The position numbers and the translations under genes are program-made. The notes under the pieces are model-generated. The model was not told the origin of the DNA. It saw only the letters and a list, made by a program, of their open reading frames with translations, and searched no databases. Of a stretch of 64,000 bases of DNA, positions 40,240 to 48,778 are shown piece after piece (the first letter of the stretch is position 1; every line of letters begins with the position of its first letter). Source of the stretch: Leptonemataceae bacterium (GTDB lineage Bacteria; Spirochaetota; Leptospiria; Leptospirales; Leptonemataceae); the NCBI GenBank assembly GCA_965227295.1, contig OZ245742.1, positions 1,120,001 through 1,184,000 of the forward strand. Direction: 5' to 3'.

Positions 40240-41385
40240 TTAGCCGGCGACTCCTTTGGTGGCCTCGTGGACGATTTGCCCTTCGCGGACGATCAACGAT
40301 CCCTTCACAATATCGTCCTCGGGATCCAGTTCCACCTTGCCTTCTTTTGAAAGATGCTGCAGCAATGCGAGCAGGTTACGTGAGTATAACTGCGAAGCGT
40401 CGAAGGGGACCGTCGCCGGCAGGTTCGTAACACCAACGATCGTAACACCGTTTTCCACGATCGTTTCGTTGATCTTCGTTTTCGAACAATTGCCGCCGCT
40501 TTCCGCCGCCATATCGACGATGACCGCGCCCGGTTTCATGGCCGCCAGCATGTCATCGGTAACGAGGATCGGCGCCTTTTTACCGGGAACGTTTGCGGTG
40601 GTAACCACGGCATCCGCATCGGCCAGGTGTTGCTTTAGAATCTCCTGCTGTTTCGCGAGGTACTCCGACGTAACCTCTTTCGCGTAACCGCCAGAGTCTT
40701 CTGCATCTTCCTGCTCCGGCGGCTCGATGTACTTCGCCCCCAGAGATAGCACCTGCTCTTTCACGGCCGGACGAATGTCGCTCACTTCCACGATCGCGCC
40801 CAGACGCTTTGCCGTTGCGATGGCCTGAAGACCGGCAACACCGGCACCGAGGATCACGACCTTCGCCGGCGTAATCGTTCCCGCGGCTGTCATCATGAGC
40901 GGGAAGATTTTTCCCAGATTCTGCGCGGCAATGATCACGGCTTTGTAACCCGCAAGGTTCGTTTGCGAAGAGAGCACGTCCATACGTTGGGCCACGGTGA
41001 TACGCGGGATCTGATCCATGGCCAGGACATCGACACCGGCCGATGCGGCCTTCTTCACAAGATCCACGTTGCTCAGCGGCTGAAAGAAGCCGATAAACAG
41101 CGCGCCTTTCTTCATGAGTTCGAGTTCGTTTTTGCCGAGCGTGGGATGATCGACGGGGCGCTGAACGCGCAGGACCACGTCGGACTCGGCGAAGACCGTC
41201 TTCGCGTCGACGATCTCGGCGCCTTCTTTTTTGTACTCTTCATCCGAGAAGCCGGAGGCGAGGCCGGCTCCGCTTTCGACTTTAACAGTATGGCCAAGTT
41301 TACCGGTAAGCTTACCGACACTTTCGGGAACGATGGCTACGCGGGTCTCCCGTTCGACGACTTCCTTTGGAACACCGAGAATCAA
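40240..41385 (-). CDS. pntAa: NAD(P)+ transhydrogenase subunit alpha part 1 (dI)
   Basis: GVPKE…ETRVA, PRITVAQRMDVLSSQ, GAGVAGLQAIATAKRLGA and GGNC. Confidence 0.95.
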   Translation of the reverse strand: MILGVPKEVVERETRVAIVPESVGKLTGKLGHTVKVESGAGLASGFSDEEYKKEGAEIVDAKTVFAESDVVLRVQRPVDHPTLGKNELELMKKGALFIGFFQPLSNVDLVKKAASAGVDVLAMDQIPRITVAQRMDVLSSQTNLAGYKAVIIAAQNLGKIFPLMMTAAGTITPAKVVILGAGVAGLQAIATAKRLGAIVEVSDIRPAVKEQVLSLGAKYIEPPEQEDAEDSGGYAKEVTSEYLAKQQEILKQHLADADAVVTTANVPGKKAPILVTDDMLAAMKPGAVIVDMAAESGGNCSKTKINETIVENGVTIVGVTNLPATVPFDASQLYSRNLLALLQHLSKEGKVELDPEDDIVKGSLIVREGQIVHEATKGVAG

Positions 41386-41562
41386 GTTTGCAGCCCTCCT
41401 GAGATCTTACCGAACGCACCGGTGAGCGCGCATCGATAAAGGAATGACAGCGTTTTAAATCTGAGCGCGTTGGTCAAGTTTGTACCGACCATCACGTAAC
41501 AGGGCTGTCGGAAAATAACGTGAAGCCGTGCACTAAACAGAATCTAACATCAGTTTTAACAG

Positions 41563-42420
41563 CTACCAGATCACGTAGGCCGTACGAACGAGACGTAAGA
41601 ACCAGGTATACGGAACATTCGTGCGTCCGTAACGACCCCATGATCCGCCGACGGAATTCTGAATCATAAAAACGCCGCTGCGATCATCATAACCCACTAC
41701 CGCAACGGTTTGCAGCCCGGCCCGCGCACCCGACGGCCGCACCCAAACATCGCCCTTATGCGTAATAAAGTTCTCGCTGATGCGCATGTTTACGACGACG
41801 ACGCTGCCCTGTAACAAATGTGCCTTCACCTGATCGAGATCCGTGAAATCCACCCGACCGAAACCGCGAATCGTGTGACGACCGGCATCCTGTACCGCGC
41901 CGGTGCCCGGCCGGTAGACATAATCATGTTCTCGATACGGCATATACTTTTCATCCGGGCAGCCGCGGTCGTAGAGTAGTTCCGCACTTTCGAGAATAGT
42001 CACACCTACATTCCGCCGCTGGTTCAGCATATTGTACACAAACGCGGGCGAACAGATGTACGAACCTTTACCGTACTTCGTCCGTTGCAGATACGTATGC
42101 GCCGTGCCCACGGCCCAGGCAGTGCCGCTGGCCTGGGCGCCCTGGTCCCCCGCAGCCGGAAGCGACGGCAATACGAACGATGGCGGGATTTCGTCCGGCA
42201 GCCCGGCGATGGCGAGGGGCACGTGGACATCGCGTTCGCTCCAGCCCGGCCGCACCGGATACTGCTGTAGTTCCCATTCCTGCATGGCCCGGTGGGCCGG
42301 GCCGCGCGGGTCTCCGTCCGGAAACACGGAGCACGCCGAAGTGAGGACCAGGACAGCGCCGAATCCCATCAGCAAAAATAATTTCGGAAATGACGCCGTG
42401 CGCCCGAAAGTGTACATCAT
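41563..42420 (-). CDS. Papain-like (C1 family) lipoprotein lacking the catalytic residues
   Basis: Lipobox TSAC; DQGAQASGTAWA, SPAFVYN, VVGYDD and QNSVGGSWGRYG scaffold motifs; Cys to Gly and His to Gln. Confidence 0.75.
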   Translation of the reverse strand: MMYTFGRTASFPKLFLLMGFGAVLVLTSACSVFPDGDPRGPAHRAMQEWELQQYPVRPGWSERDVHVPLAIAGLPDEIPPSFVLPSLPAAGDQGAQASGTAWAVGTAHTYLQRTKYGKGSYICSPAFVYNMLNQRRNVGVTILESAELLYDRGCPDEKYMPYREHDYVYRPGTGAVQDAGRHTIRGFGRVDFTDLDQVKAHLLQGSVVVVNMRISENFITHKGDVWVRPSGARAGLQTVAVVGYDDRSGVFMIQNSVGGSWGRYGRTNVPYTWFLRLVRTAYVIW

Positions 42421-42485
42421 AGCGGTCTCTCCGAGATTATCGGATGATTCCAACCGCGAAAACACCACGTGTTTCTTCCATAAGA

Positions 42486-43574
42486 ATGATGCCACGCTCT
42501 CCGCGAAATCGCACGCTACTCCTCACGGACGAAGATCGCTGCCGCCTGCGGCCTTCCCTACGTCCGACACCCGCGGATCGGCTCAGTCCGGAAGAACTCC
42601 ACGACGCCGTATTCCGCGCGGATTTTTTCGAACTCGCACAGCGACTTCCAGCCGGGTGCGTGGACCTGCTTTTCGTCGATCCGCCGTACAATCTTACGAA
42701 ACAATTCAACGGCCGCACCTTCCGCCGCATGTCCCTCGACGATTACGAGGCGTGGCTCGAGCAGTGGCTGCCGGAAATTCTGCCTGCGCTCAAGCCCACG
42801 GCCTCCGTCTACATCTGCGGCGACTGGCGGTCGTCCGCGGCCATCCATCGCGTGTGCGAAAAACATCTGGTCGTGCGCAATCGCATAACGTTCGAACGCG
42901 AAAAAGGCCGCGGCGCCCTCTACGACTGGAAAAACGCGAGCGAGGACATCTGGTTCTGCACGGTATCCAATCAGTACCACTTCGATGCGGACGCCGTGAA
43001 ACTCAAGCGAACGGTGATTGCGCCGTACCGGAAGAACGGCAAACCCCGGGACTGGAACGAAGAGGCCGACGGCAACTTTCGCATGACGCATTCTTCGAAT
43101 CTCTGGACCGACATCACCGTGCCGTTCTGGTCCATGCCGGAGAATACGCCGCATCCGACCCAGAAGCCGGAGAAACTACTGGCGAAGATCATCCTGGCCA
43201 GTTCCCGCCCGGGCGACCTGGTCTTCGATCCCTTCGGCGGCGCGGGCACAACGGCCGTGGTCGCAAAGAAGCTCGGCCGGCGCTACGCCATGACGGAAAT
43301 AGATGAGGACTACTGCCTGTATGCTCTTCGCCGCTTAGAGCTTGCGGACAAGGAGTTAACAATCCAGGGTTATGCCGACGGGGTGTTCTGGGAGCGCAAC
43401 AGCGGGCCGAACATCCGGGCGGCACAGAAAGACGCCGGCCTCCGTATGCAAGGCCAGGCGCGTCTTACTCCAGAATCGCAAAGCGATGCACGCCCAGAAA
43501 GTTCTCGTTCTCCGGAGCAGGCTGCCACGCCGGGTCCGGACTCCCCAGCAGATAATCGGCGGGAACCCGCTTGA
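42486..43574 (+). CDS. Orphan N4/N6 DNA methyltransferase (beta class)
   Basis: DPPY precedes HPTQKP and DPFGGAGTT; no adjacent endonuclease recognised. Confidence 0.9.
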   Translation: MMPRSPRNRTLLLTDEDRCRLRPSLRPTPADRLSPEELHDAVFRADFFELAQRLPAGCVDLLFVDPPYNLTKQFNGRTFRRMSLDDYEAWLEQWLPEILPALKPTASVYICGDWRSSAAIHRVCEKHLVVRNRITFEREKGRGALYDWKNASEDIWFCTVSNQYHFDADAVKLKRTVIAPYRKNGKPRDWNEEADGNFRMTHSSNLWTDITVPFWSMPENTPHPTQKPEKLLAKIILASSRPGDLVFDPFGGAGTTAVVAKKLGRRYAMTEIDEDYCLYALRRLELADKELTIQGYADGVFWERNSGPNIRAAQKDAGLRMQGQARLTPESQSDARPESSRSPEQAATPGPDSPADNRREPA

Positions 43575-44478
43575 GCCCCGCCTCCCCGCCGGTATGATAC
43601 ACAATCATCACGTCCCCGGCTTCCCGGGCCGGCGCCGTGACGATCATGGAGTGGTACGGGAACTCCACGTTCGCAGCATCGAAGTAAAACAGCACGTCCC
43701 CGGCGAGGGCATCCGCAATGTCTTTGCTAACATACTGCGTATGAAAGCTAGCAAGATAGGCCGCCTCCGCGAACTCCGCAAAGTTTTCCGGGCCCTTGCC
43801 GACGCGAAAGATGCGCGTACCGAGAACGGGGACGTCGGGATACTGAAAGCGCTGTACATCCGGCAGATTTTTGTCGATGGGCAGGCCCAGGCGTTGTTGC
43901 CAGTCTGAATCGTGCCTCTTCAGTGCTTCACGGTAGGCAAAACGAATGAGGCCGGAGCAGTCACGCTCGTCGTCTCGCCAGGCATAGGATGATGAGACGA
44001 ACTGCGCCTCGGCAATGCGCACGAACCATGCTCGAAACGCCCGGCGGTCGGCGACAGATACCAGCTCCGCGGCATCCGGAAAACCGTCGCCGTCCAGGTC
44101 CGCCGGCTGTTCCAGGAAGCGCAGCACAACAACGTCACCGCCGGTAGAAAACCAGAGCGCCGTCCCGGGACTACCGCCGCTACGAAAGCTGATCCGCACA
44201 CGTTCGGCCTCGTCGCGACGATCGAGGATCTGTACAACGCGCTCCAGCACATGGGCATCCGCCAGCAGCGGTCCGAAGAGCCGCCCCGGTCCGCGCCAGA
44301 CCAGGTTTCCCCCGCTGGTACCGTCCGCCGGAAATCGGCGCAGCCCCGATCCGAAACCGTTCGGCTCGCTCCGGCAAGACGCACTGCCGCAAATCAGCGC
44401 AAGGAAAACGGCGCCGTGCCAAAAAGGCTTTACGAACTTCTTTCCCCGGGAGATATGCAAGTTCCTCAAAAACGCCAT
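43465..44478 (-). CDS. DUF1175 (YfaT-like) family lipoprotein
   Basis: FRAWFVRIAEAQ, RDCSGLIRFAYREAL, AGDVLFY, YHSMI, YHTG and NFLGVHRF; lipobox-like SASC. Confidence 0.75.
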   Translation of the reverse strand: MAFLRNLHISRGKKFVKPFWHGAVFLALICGSASCRSEPNGFGSGLRRFPADGTSGGNLVWRGPGRLFGPLLADAHVLERVVQILDRRDEAERVRISFRSGGSPGTALWFSTGGDVVVLRFLEQPADLDGDGFPDAAELVSVADRRAFRAWFVRIAEAQFVSSSYAWRDDERDCSGLIRFAYREALKRHDSDWQQRLGLPIDKNLPDVQRFQYPDVPVLGTRIFRVGKGPENFAEFAEAAYLASFHTQYVSKDIADALAGDVLFYFDAANVEFPYHSMIVTAPAREAGDVMIVYHTGGEAGLKRVPADYLLGSPDPAWQPAPENENFLGVHRFAILE

Positions 44479-46255
44479 GAACGCCTTCTTTCAGAAAATC
44501 AAAACAGCTTTCTTAAATCTGAGCCAGGCCGCACGCGTTGCCGTAATCGGTGGCGGTGTCGCCGGACTCGCTCTGATCATCGGCGTATCCGCCTACGCCC
44601 TGGGCAAGACCTATCTGCTGAATCCGGAGATCGACCAGATCAGCCAGATGATTCCCCGTCAGGCCATCTTCTTCGTCGAGGTCCGCAATCCGGCCAGGCT
44701 GCTGGAGATGTGGAGCGAGTCCGGGCCGGCACAGCGCCTCGCAAACAGCCCGGCCTACGCAAATCTTAAGAGCACGCCGGAAGTACAAAACCTGACGTCG
44801 CTCGTTTACTTTCTCGAACTGAAGACCGGCTCCTACTTCGGGGACTTCATTTCGGTTCTGGATCGGCCCGCGGGTTTTGCATACATGCAGGACGGCACGT
44901 TTCTGGCTGTAACCCGCACCAATGTCCAGTCGCGGCTCGGCATTGCCGTGGCGCAGGCCTTCGAGACCGGGGAGGGTCGAACCATCGAACTGCCGAACCA
45001 GGAGCAATTCGAAAAGGCTCCGCCCAAAGACACGGCGAGCGAAGAGCCCTACGTCGTGAAACAAGAGGATTCCCTGCCCGCGCTAATCGAACGACGAGAG
45101 CGCCTCGGCAATTTGCAGATCTCTGAAATCGATCTCGGTGAGCGGAGCATCTACTTTGCGCTGCTGGACGACGTCCTCTTCGCCTCGGACTCAATCGAAA
45201 CCCTGGAGTCCTCGCTCAGCCTGGCCGGTGATCCTGAGAGCTACTCCCTGGCCACCCTCGCGGGCATGCCGGCGGCCCGGAGTTCCCTTGCGGCGGACGA
45301 CGGTCACGCCCTCATCTACTTCGGCAGCAGCGGTGGTTTCTGGGCTCCGGCCGCAGCCACCCTCGGCGGTGATGCCGGACTGGCCCTTGTCCTGAAAACC
45401 AACGGCGCAGACACGGCTCAATTCGACTCCTTCGACGCCGGCGAGAGTCGCCTGGCGCGTTTTCGTAAGGACGATGGACGCCAGGAACTGCCCGCACGTA
45501 CGCACTGGGAACACCTCCTGCCACGGGAAGCCGTGCTTTCTTTTTATTCGGCGGCCGATTCTCCCGCCGAACTCCTGGAGTATCTCGAAAACATTTCCGG
45601 TCCGCCGGAAAGTATCGCGAACAATGCGCAAAAAATGCTGCGGGCCGGTGGACTGTCCACGGACGAACTCAAGGGGGATCCGGGTACCGCTCTAATCTTT
45701 CACGGCTTCACCTGGAACGCGCACAATCTCACGCCGCAACTCAGCTTCGGTTTCCGCGGCGACGCCGATCAACTGGGCCGGCTGACCACGGCAGTCTTTC
45801 GCCCGGGAGATGCAGCCCGCAGTATTACGTTTCAAAACACGGCGTACACAATCTACCCGCGCAGCGGCAAGAACTACGAACCGGCCTTCGCCGCGGTGCA
45901 GTCAGCGAAAGCATCGGGCGGGGCCGCGTTTCTATCCACGCGCGACGACGTGCTGAAAACAATCATCGGCAGCGCGGCCGGAATCAGGCCCGACCTTTCC
46001 GATCTGAAGTCCTACACGGAACTGGGTGAGTTCGCCGGGGCGCCGATGCATGTGGTCGTAGACCTGAACGAAGCACGCCTGGCACTCCGCGCTTTCTTCA
46101 AGCTCGGGGCCCTGCGCAGCGATGCATACAGTGAGAAGACCCTCGACCGCGACATACAGCCGTTCCTCGACGCCTTCGCCGGCTACGGCATCTTACACCT
46201 GGCTCACGGCCTGCCGGGCAGAATCCACGGCCGCCTGGTAATCACGCGGAACTAG
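44477..46255 (+). CDS. Hypothetical membrane-anchored exported protein (592 aa)
   Basis: Single N-terminal TM and a long open frame with typical codon pattern; no motif confidently recognised. Confidence 0.75.
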   Translation: MNAFFQKIKTAFLNLSQAARVAVIGGGVAGLALIIGVSAYALGKTYLLNPEIDQISQMIPRQAIFFVEVRNPARLLEMWSESGPAQRLANSPAYANLKSTPEVQNLTSLVYFLELKTGSYFGDFISVLDRPAGFAYMQDGTFLAVTRTNVQSRLGIAVAQAFETGEGRTIELPNQEQFEKAPPKDTASEEPYVVKQEDSLPALIERRERLGNLQISEIDLGERSIYFALLDDVLFASDSIETLESSLSLAGDPESYSLATLAGMPAARSSLAADDGHALIYFGSSGGFWAPAAATLGGDAGLALVLKTNGADTAQFDSFDAGESRLARFRKDDGRQELPARTHWEHLLPREAVLSFYSAADSPAELLEYLENISGPPESIANNAQKMLRAGGLSTDELKGDPGTALIFHGFTWNAHNLTPQLSFGFRGDADQLGRLTTAVFRPGDAARSITFQNTAYTIYPRSGKNYEPAFAAVQSAKASGGAAFLSTRDDVLKTIIGSAAGIRPDLSDLKSYTELGEFAGAPMHVVVDLNEARLALRAFFKLGALRSDAYSEKTLDRDIQPFLDAFAGYGILHLAHGLPGRIHGRLVITRN

Positions 46256-46287
46256 ACGGCCTTCACAATTCTTCATAAGCTGTCAGC

Positions 46288-46593
46288 ATGACCGCACCCG
46301 CAAAACTCGAAGACACGACTGTCCAGACCCGGCTGTCGGAAATCCCGGGCTGGGAATTCCGCGACGGCAGGCTCCACCGCGAGTTCCGCTTTAAGGATTT
46401 TGTGAACGCCTTTCAGTTCATGACGGAAAGCGCAAAGCTTGCCGAGAAGCTACAGCATCATCCGGACTGGCACAACGTCTACAACCAGGTGAATGTCGAC
46501 CTGAACACGCACGATGCGAACGGCATTACCGACCTGGATTTTCAGATGGCAAAGGGCATGAACGATTCTTTTGATAAGATTTCGGGCAAGTAA
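46288..46593 (+). CDS. Pterin-4-alpha-carbinolamine dehydratase
   Basis: HHPDW and LNTHDANGITDLD; 101 aa. Confidence 0.92.
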   Translation: MTAPAKLEDTTVQTRLSEIPGWEFRDGRLHREFRFKDFVNAFQFMTESAKLAEKLQHHPDWHNVYNQVNVDLNTHDANGITDLDFQMAKGMNDSFDKISGK

Positions 46594-46598
46594 GCACC

Positions 46599-47624
46599 TC
46601 AAGTCTCCTGCGCCACCGCCGTAAAGACGGCAGGGTCGGGACGCACACCGTTCTCGCCGGCTTTATAGCGACTGAGTTCGCAGCACTGACGCCACAGCGA
46701 TTCGATTTCCGCAGCCGTATTCTTCGTACTCTCCATGCGATGGGTCGGCCGCGCCTTACGATCAAAGAAAAACCTTCCGCTATCTTCGATATTCAGCTTC
46801 GGATTCACTCCCAGCCATAGAATCGTATCCGCCCCCTCGGCCGGCGTACGCAGTACGGCCTGGGTAATGGTGTGAAACATCGGCAATGACGAGCGCACTG
46901 CGGGCGTGTCCGCCCAGCCGGGGTGCATACAGGTTACGAGCACATCGTCCTCGCGAAACACCCGCGCCCACACTTTCGTAAGGAGGACCTCGGCGCGTTT
47001 CGTCCGCGCGTAAGCCCGCGTGCCGTCGAATTCATTTTTTGCATACTGAAGATCATCGACTTCGAGTTTCGCGAGGTACATTCCCCCGGAGGAGACGTTG
47101 ACCACGCGCGCCCCGGCGGTCTCCCGCAGCAGCGGTGCCAGCAAGTTCACGAGCAGAAAGTATGCGAGGACGTTGACTGCAAAAGTCGCCTCGATTCCGT
47201 CCTCCGTCAGGGATCGCTCGTGCGGCAGAATGCCGGCGTTGTTTACGAGAATGTCGAGGCGCGCCTCGGTCTTCAAGAACCAGTCGGCGAAATCGCGGAT
47301 TTGTTGCTGGTCAGCCAGATCGACGATATAGAGCTCTATGCCATTGTTACCGGTCTTTCCCAGGATGTCTTCCCGGGCCGCCCGTCCTCGTCCCGCGTTC
47401 CGGCAGAGCAGATAGACCCGGGCGCCGCGTTCGGCCAGGCCGAGCGCCGTTTCCCGGCCGAGGCCCGAGTTCGCACCGGTGACCACGGCAACCCGACCGC
47501 TCAAGTCGACATCGAGGTCTTCGTCGTTCCACAGATTCTTGCGAACGTGAAAGCCGATGCGATCATAGCCGAAGACCACGGTGCGATCCAGAAGCCCATC
47601 CAGGGTTTCAAAGAATGATCTCAC
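46599..47624 (-). CDS. SDR family oxidoreductase (DHRS12-like)
   Basis: TGANSGLG, NNAG, VSSGGM, YARTK and MHPGWADTP. Confidence 0.9.
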   Translation of the reverse strand: MRSFFETLDGLLDRTVVFGYDRIGFHVRKNLWNDEDLDVDLSGRVAVVTGANSGLGRETALGLAERGARVYLLCRNAGRGRAAREDILGKTGNNGIELYIVDLADQQQIRDFADWFLKTEARLDILVNNAGILPHERSLTEDGIEATFAVNVLAYFLLVNLLAPLLRETAGARVVNVSSGGMYLAKLEVDDLQYAKNEFDGTRAYARTKRAEVLLTKVWARVFREDDVLVTCMHPGWADTPAVRSSLPMFHTITQAVLRTPAEGADTILWLGVNPKLNIEDSGRFFFDRKARPTHRMESTKNTAAEIESLWRQCCELSRYKAGENGVRPDPAVFTAVAQET

Positions 47625-47656
47625 CGCATCAAAATAATGGCTGACACCGAATTCGA

Positions 47657-48700
47657 CTACTCGCGGCCGTAGCGCCGTTCGCGCTCAAAGCGGAAAAAAC
47701 CGCCGGCCTCTTCCCGGGCGATGATGTCCGCCTCTTCGCCGAAGAGCTCCCGGCGCAGGGCCTGTAGTTCTGCTTCACAGTCGCCGGTGCAGGAAGATTG
47801 AACTTCCTTCCGGCGCTCCATGTAGGTTTCACCGGCGGTCCAGCGAGCATCTCGCCGCCGGTCCAGATCGTCCCAACGTTCCAGGGCGGCTTCGTCCATA
47901 CCCAGGGCGCTACGAATCTGCCGCAACGCCAGGTTGCGATCTTCGGGCTCCAGGTCTGCCAGATCTTCCTGTACTGCCTCGGTGAATGCGTTGACCAGGT
48001 TCAGCTTACGTTTTTCCAGAACCGACGGAAGTTGATCTCCGAAGCTATCTTCGAGACTACGGGTGTAGGCCGAAAGTTTTTCCTGCACGGACAGCTCCGA
48101 CGTCTTGATCGCTTCGAGGGTTTGAGCCACGCCCCGCATGCGTTTTTCGGATTCCCAGATCTCGTCGGCTTGCTCGCCGAAGTATTCATAGCGCACGGAC
48201 CAGAGTAACTCCTGACGTTCCTCGCGACTCATGCGGCCGAGCAAGTCCCGACGCTCTTCGATCTCCCGCTCGTACCTGTAGAGATTTTCCGACAACCGAA
48301 AGAGTTCGGTCGCCCGCTCCGGGAAAGCCGCCGCCAGGATTTCGTTCAGGACTTCCACCCAACGATCGGGGTACTGCTCACGCAAATAGCGCATCAGCTC
48401 TTCCAGCATAGCCACACGCACGCGTGCGTTATGGATGCGATCGCCGTACCGTTGCCGCAAGAGCGCAACGATTTGTTCGAAACTCAGTTCGCCTTCGCGA
48501 TAGACGGCGCCTTCTTCACCCTGGGAGTAGATGATTTCCGAAAGCACTTCCTCGTCCACGCTGCGCACCGGCGGCGGATTATCACTCAGTCGGCGGAACT
48601 GCTGCTCCACCGGATCTTCCACCATAAAGAGCAGAGCCACGACAAGGGCCGCGACCAGTGCGCCAATCAACCCAACGATTACGAGAACGCGTCGATTCAT
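47657..48700 (-). CDS. Putative lipase chaperone (foldase, Lif-like)
   Basis: N-terminal TM anchor, all-helical charged body, C-terminal ALERWDDLDRRRDARW…YMERR…LQALRRELF reminiscent of Lif; directly downstream of the lipase. Confidence 0.6.
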   Translation of the reverse strand: MNRRVLVIVGLIGALVAALVVALLFMVEDPVEQQFRRLSDNPPPVRSVDEEVLSEIIYSQGEEGAVYREGELSFEQIVALLRQRYGDRIHNARVRVAMLEELMRYLREQYPDRWVEVLNEILAAAFPERATELFRLSENLYRYEREIEERRDLLGRMSREERQELLWSVRYEYFGEQADEIWESEKRMRGVAQTLEAIKTSELSVQEKLSAYTRSLEDSFGDQLPSVLEKRKLNLVNAFTEAVQEDLADLEPEDRNLALRQIRSALGMDEAALERWDDLDRRRDARWTAGETYMERRKEVQSSCTGDCEAELQALRRELFGEEADIIAREEAGGFFRFERERRYGRE

Positions 48701-48711
48701 CTTATCCGTAC

Positions 48712-48741
48712 AAAAAAGAAACCCCGCCCTGAGACGGGGTT
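48712..48741 (-). terminator. Intrinsic terminator-like hairpin between lipase and chaperone genes
   Basis: Minus strand AACCCCGTC-TCAG-GGCGGGGTT followed by TCTTTTTT. Confidence 0.7.
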
Positions 48742-48778
48742 GGAACAGCTTTACGAGAACGGAAAAACAGCGACGGCG

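Noticed and set aside
41518-41535. Rex-like box acGTGAAgccgTgCACtA upstream of the pnt operon
   Set aside because: Only 10 of 14 consensus positions match, and there is no evidence for a Rex regulator in the window.
42486-43574. Possible restriction-modification or defence island (MTase, with the DUF429 nuclease-like gene elsewhere)
   Set aside because: No adjacent endonuclease or other defence genes, and DUF429 is 13 kb away in a different operon.
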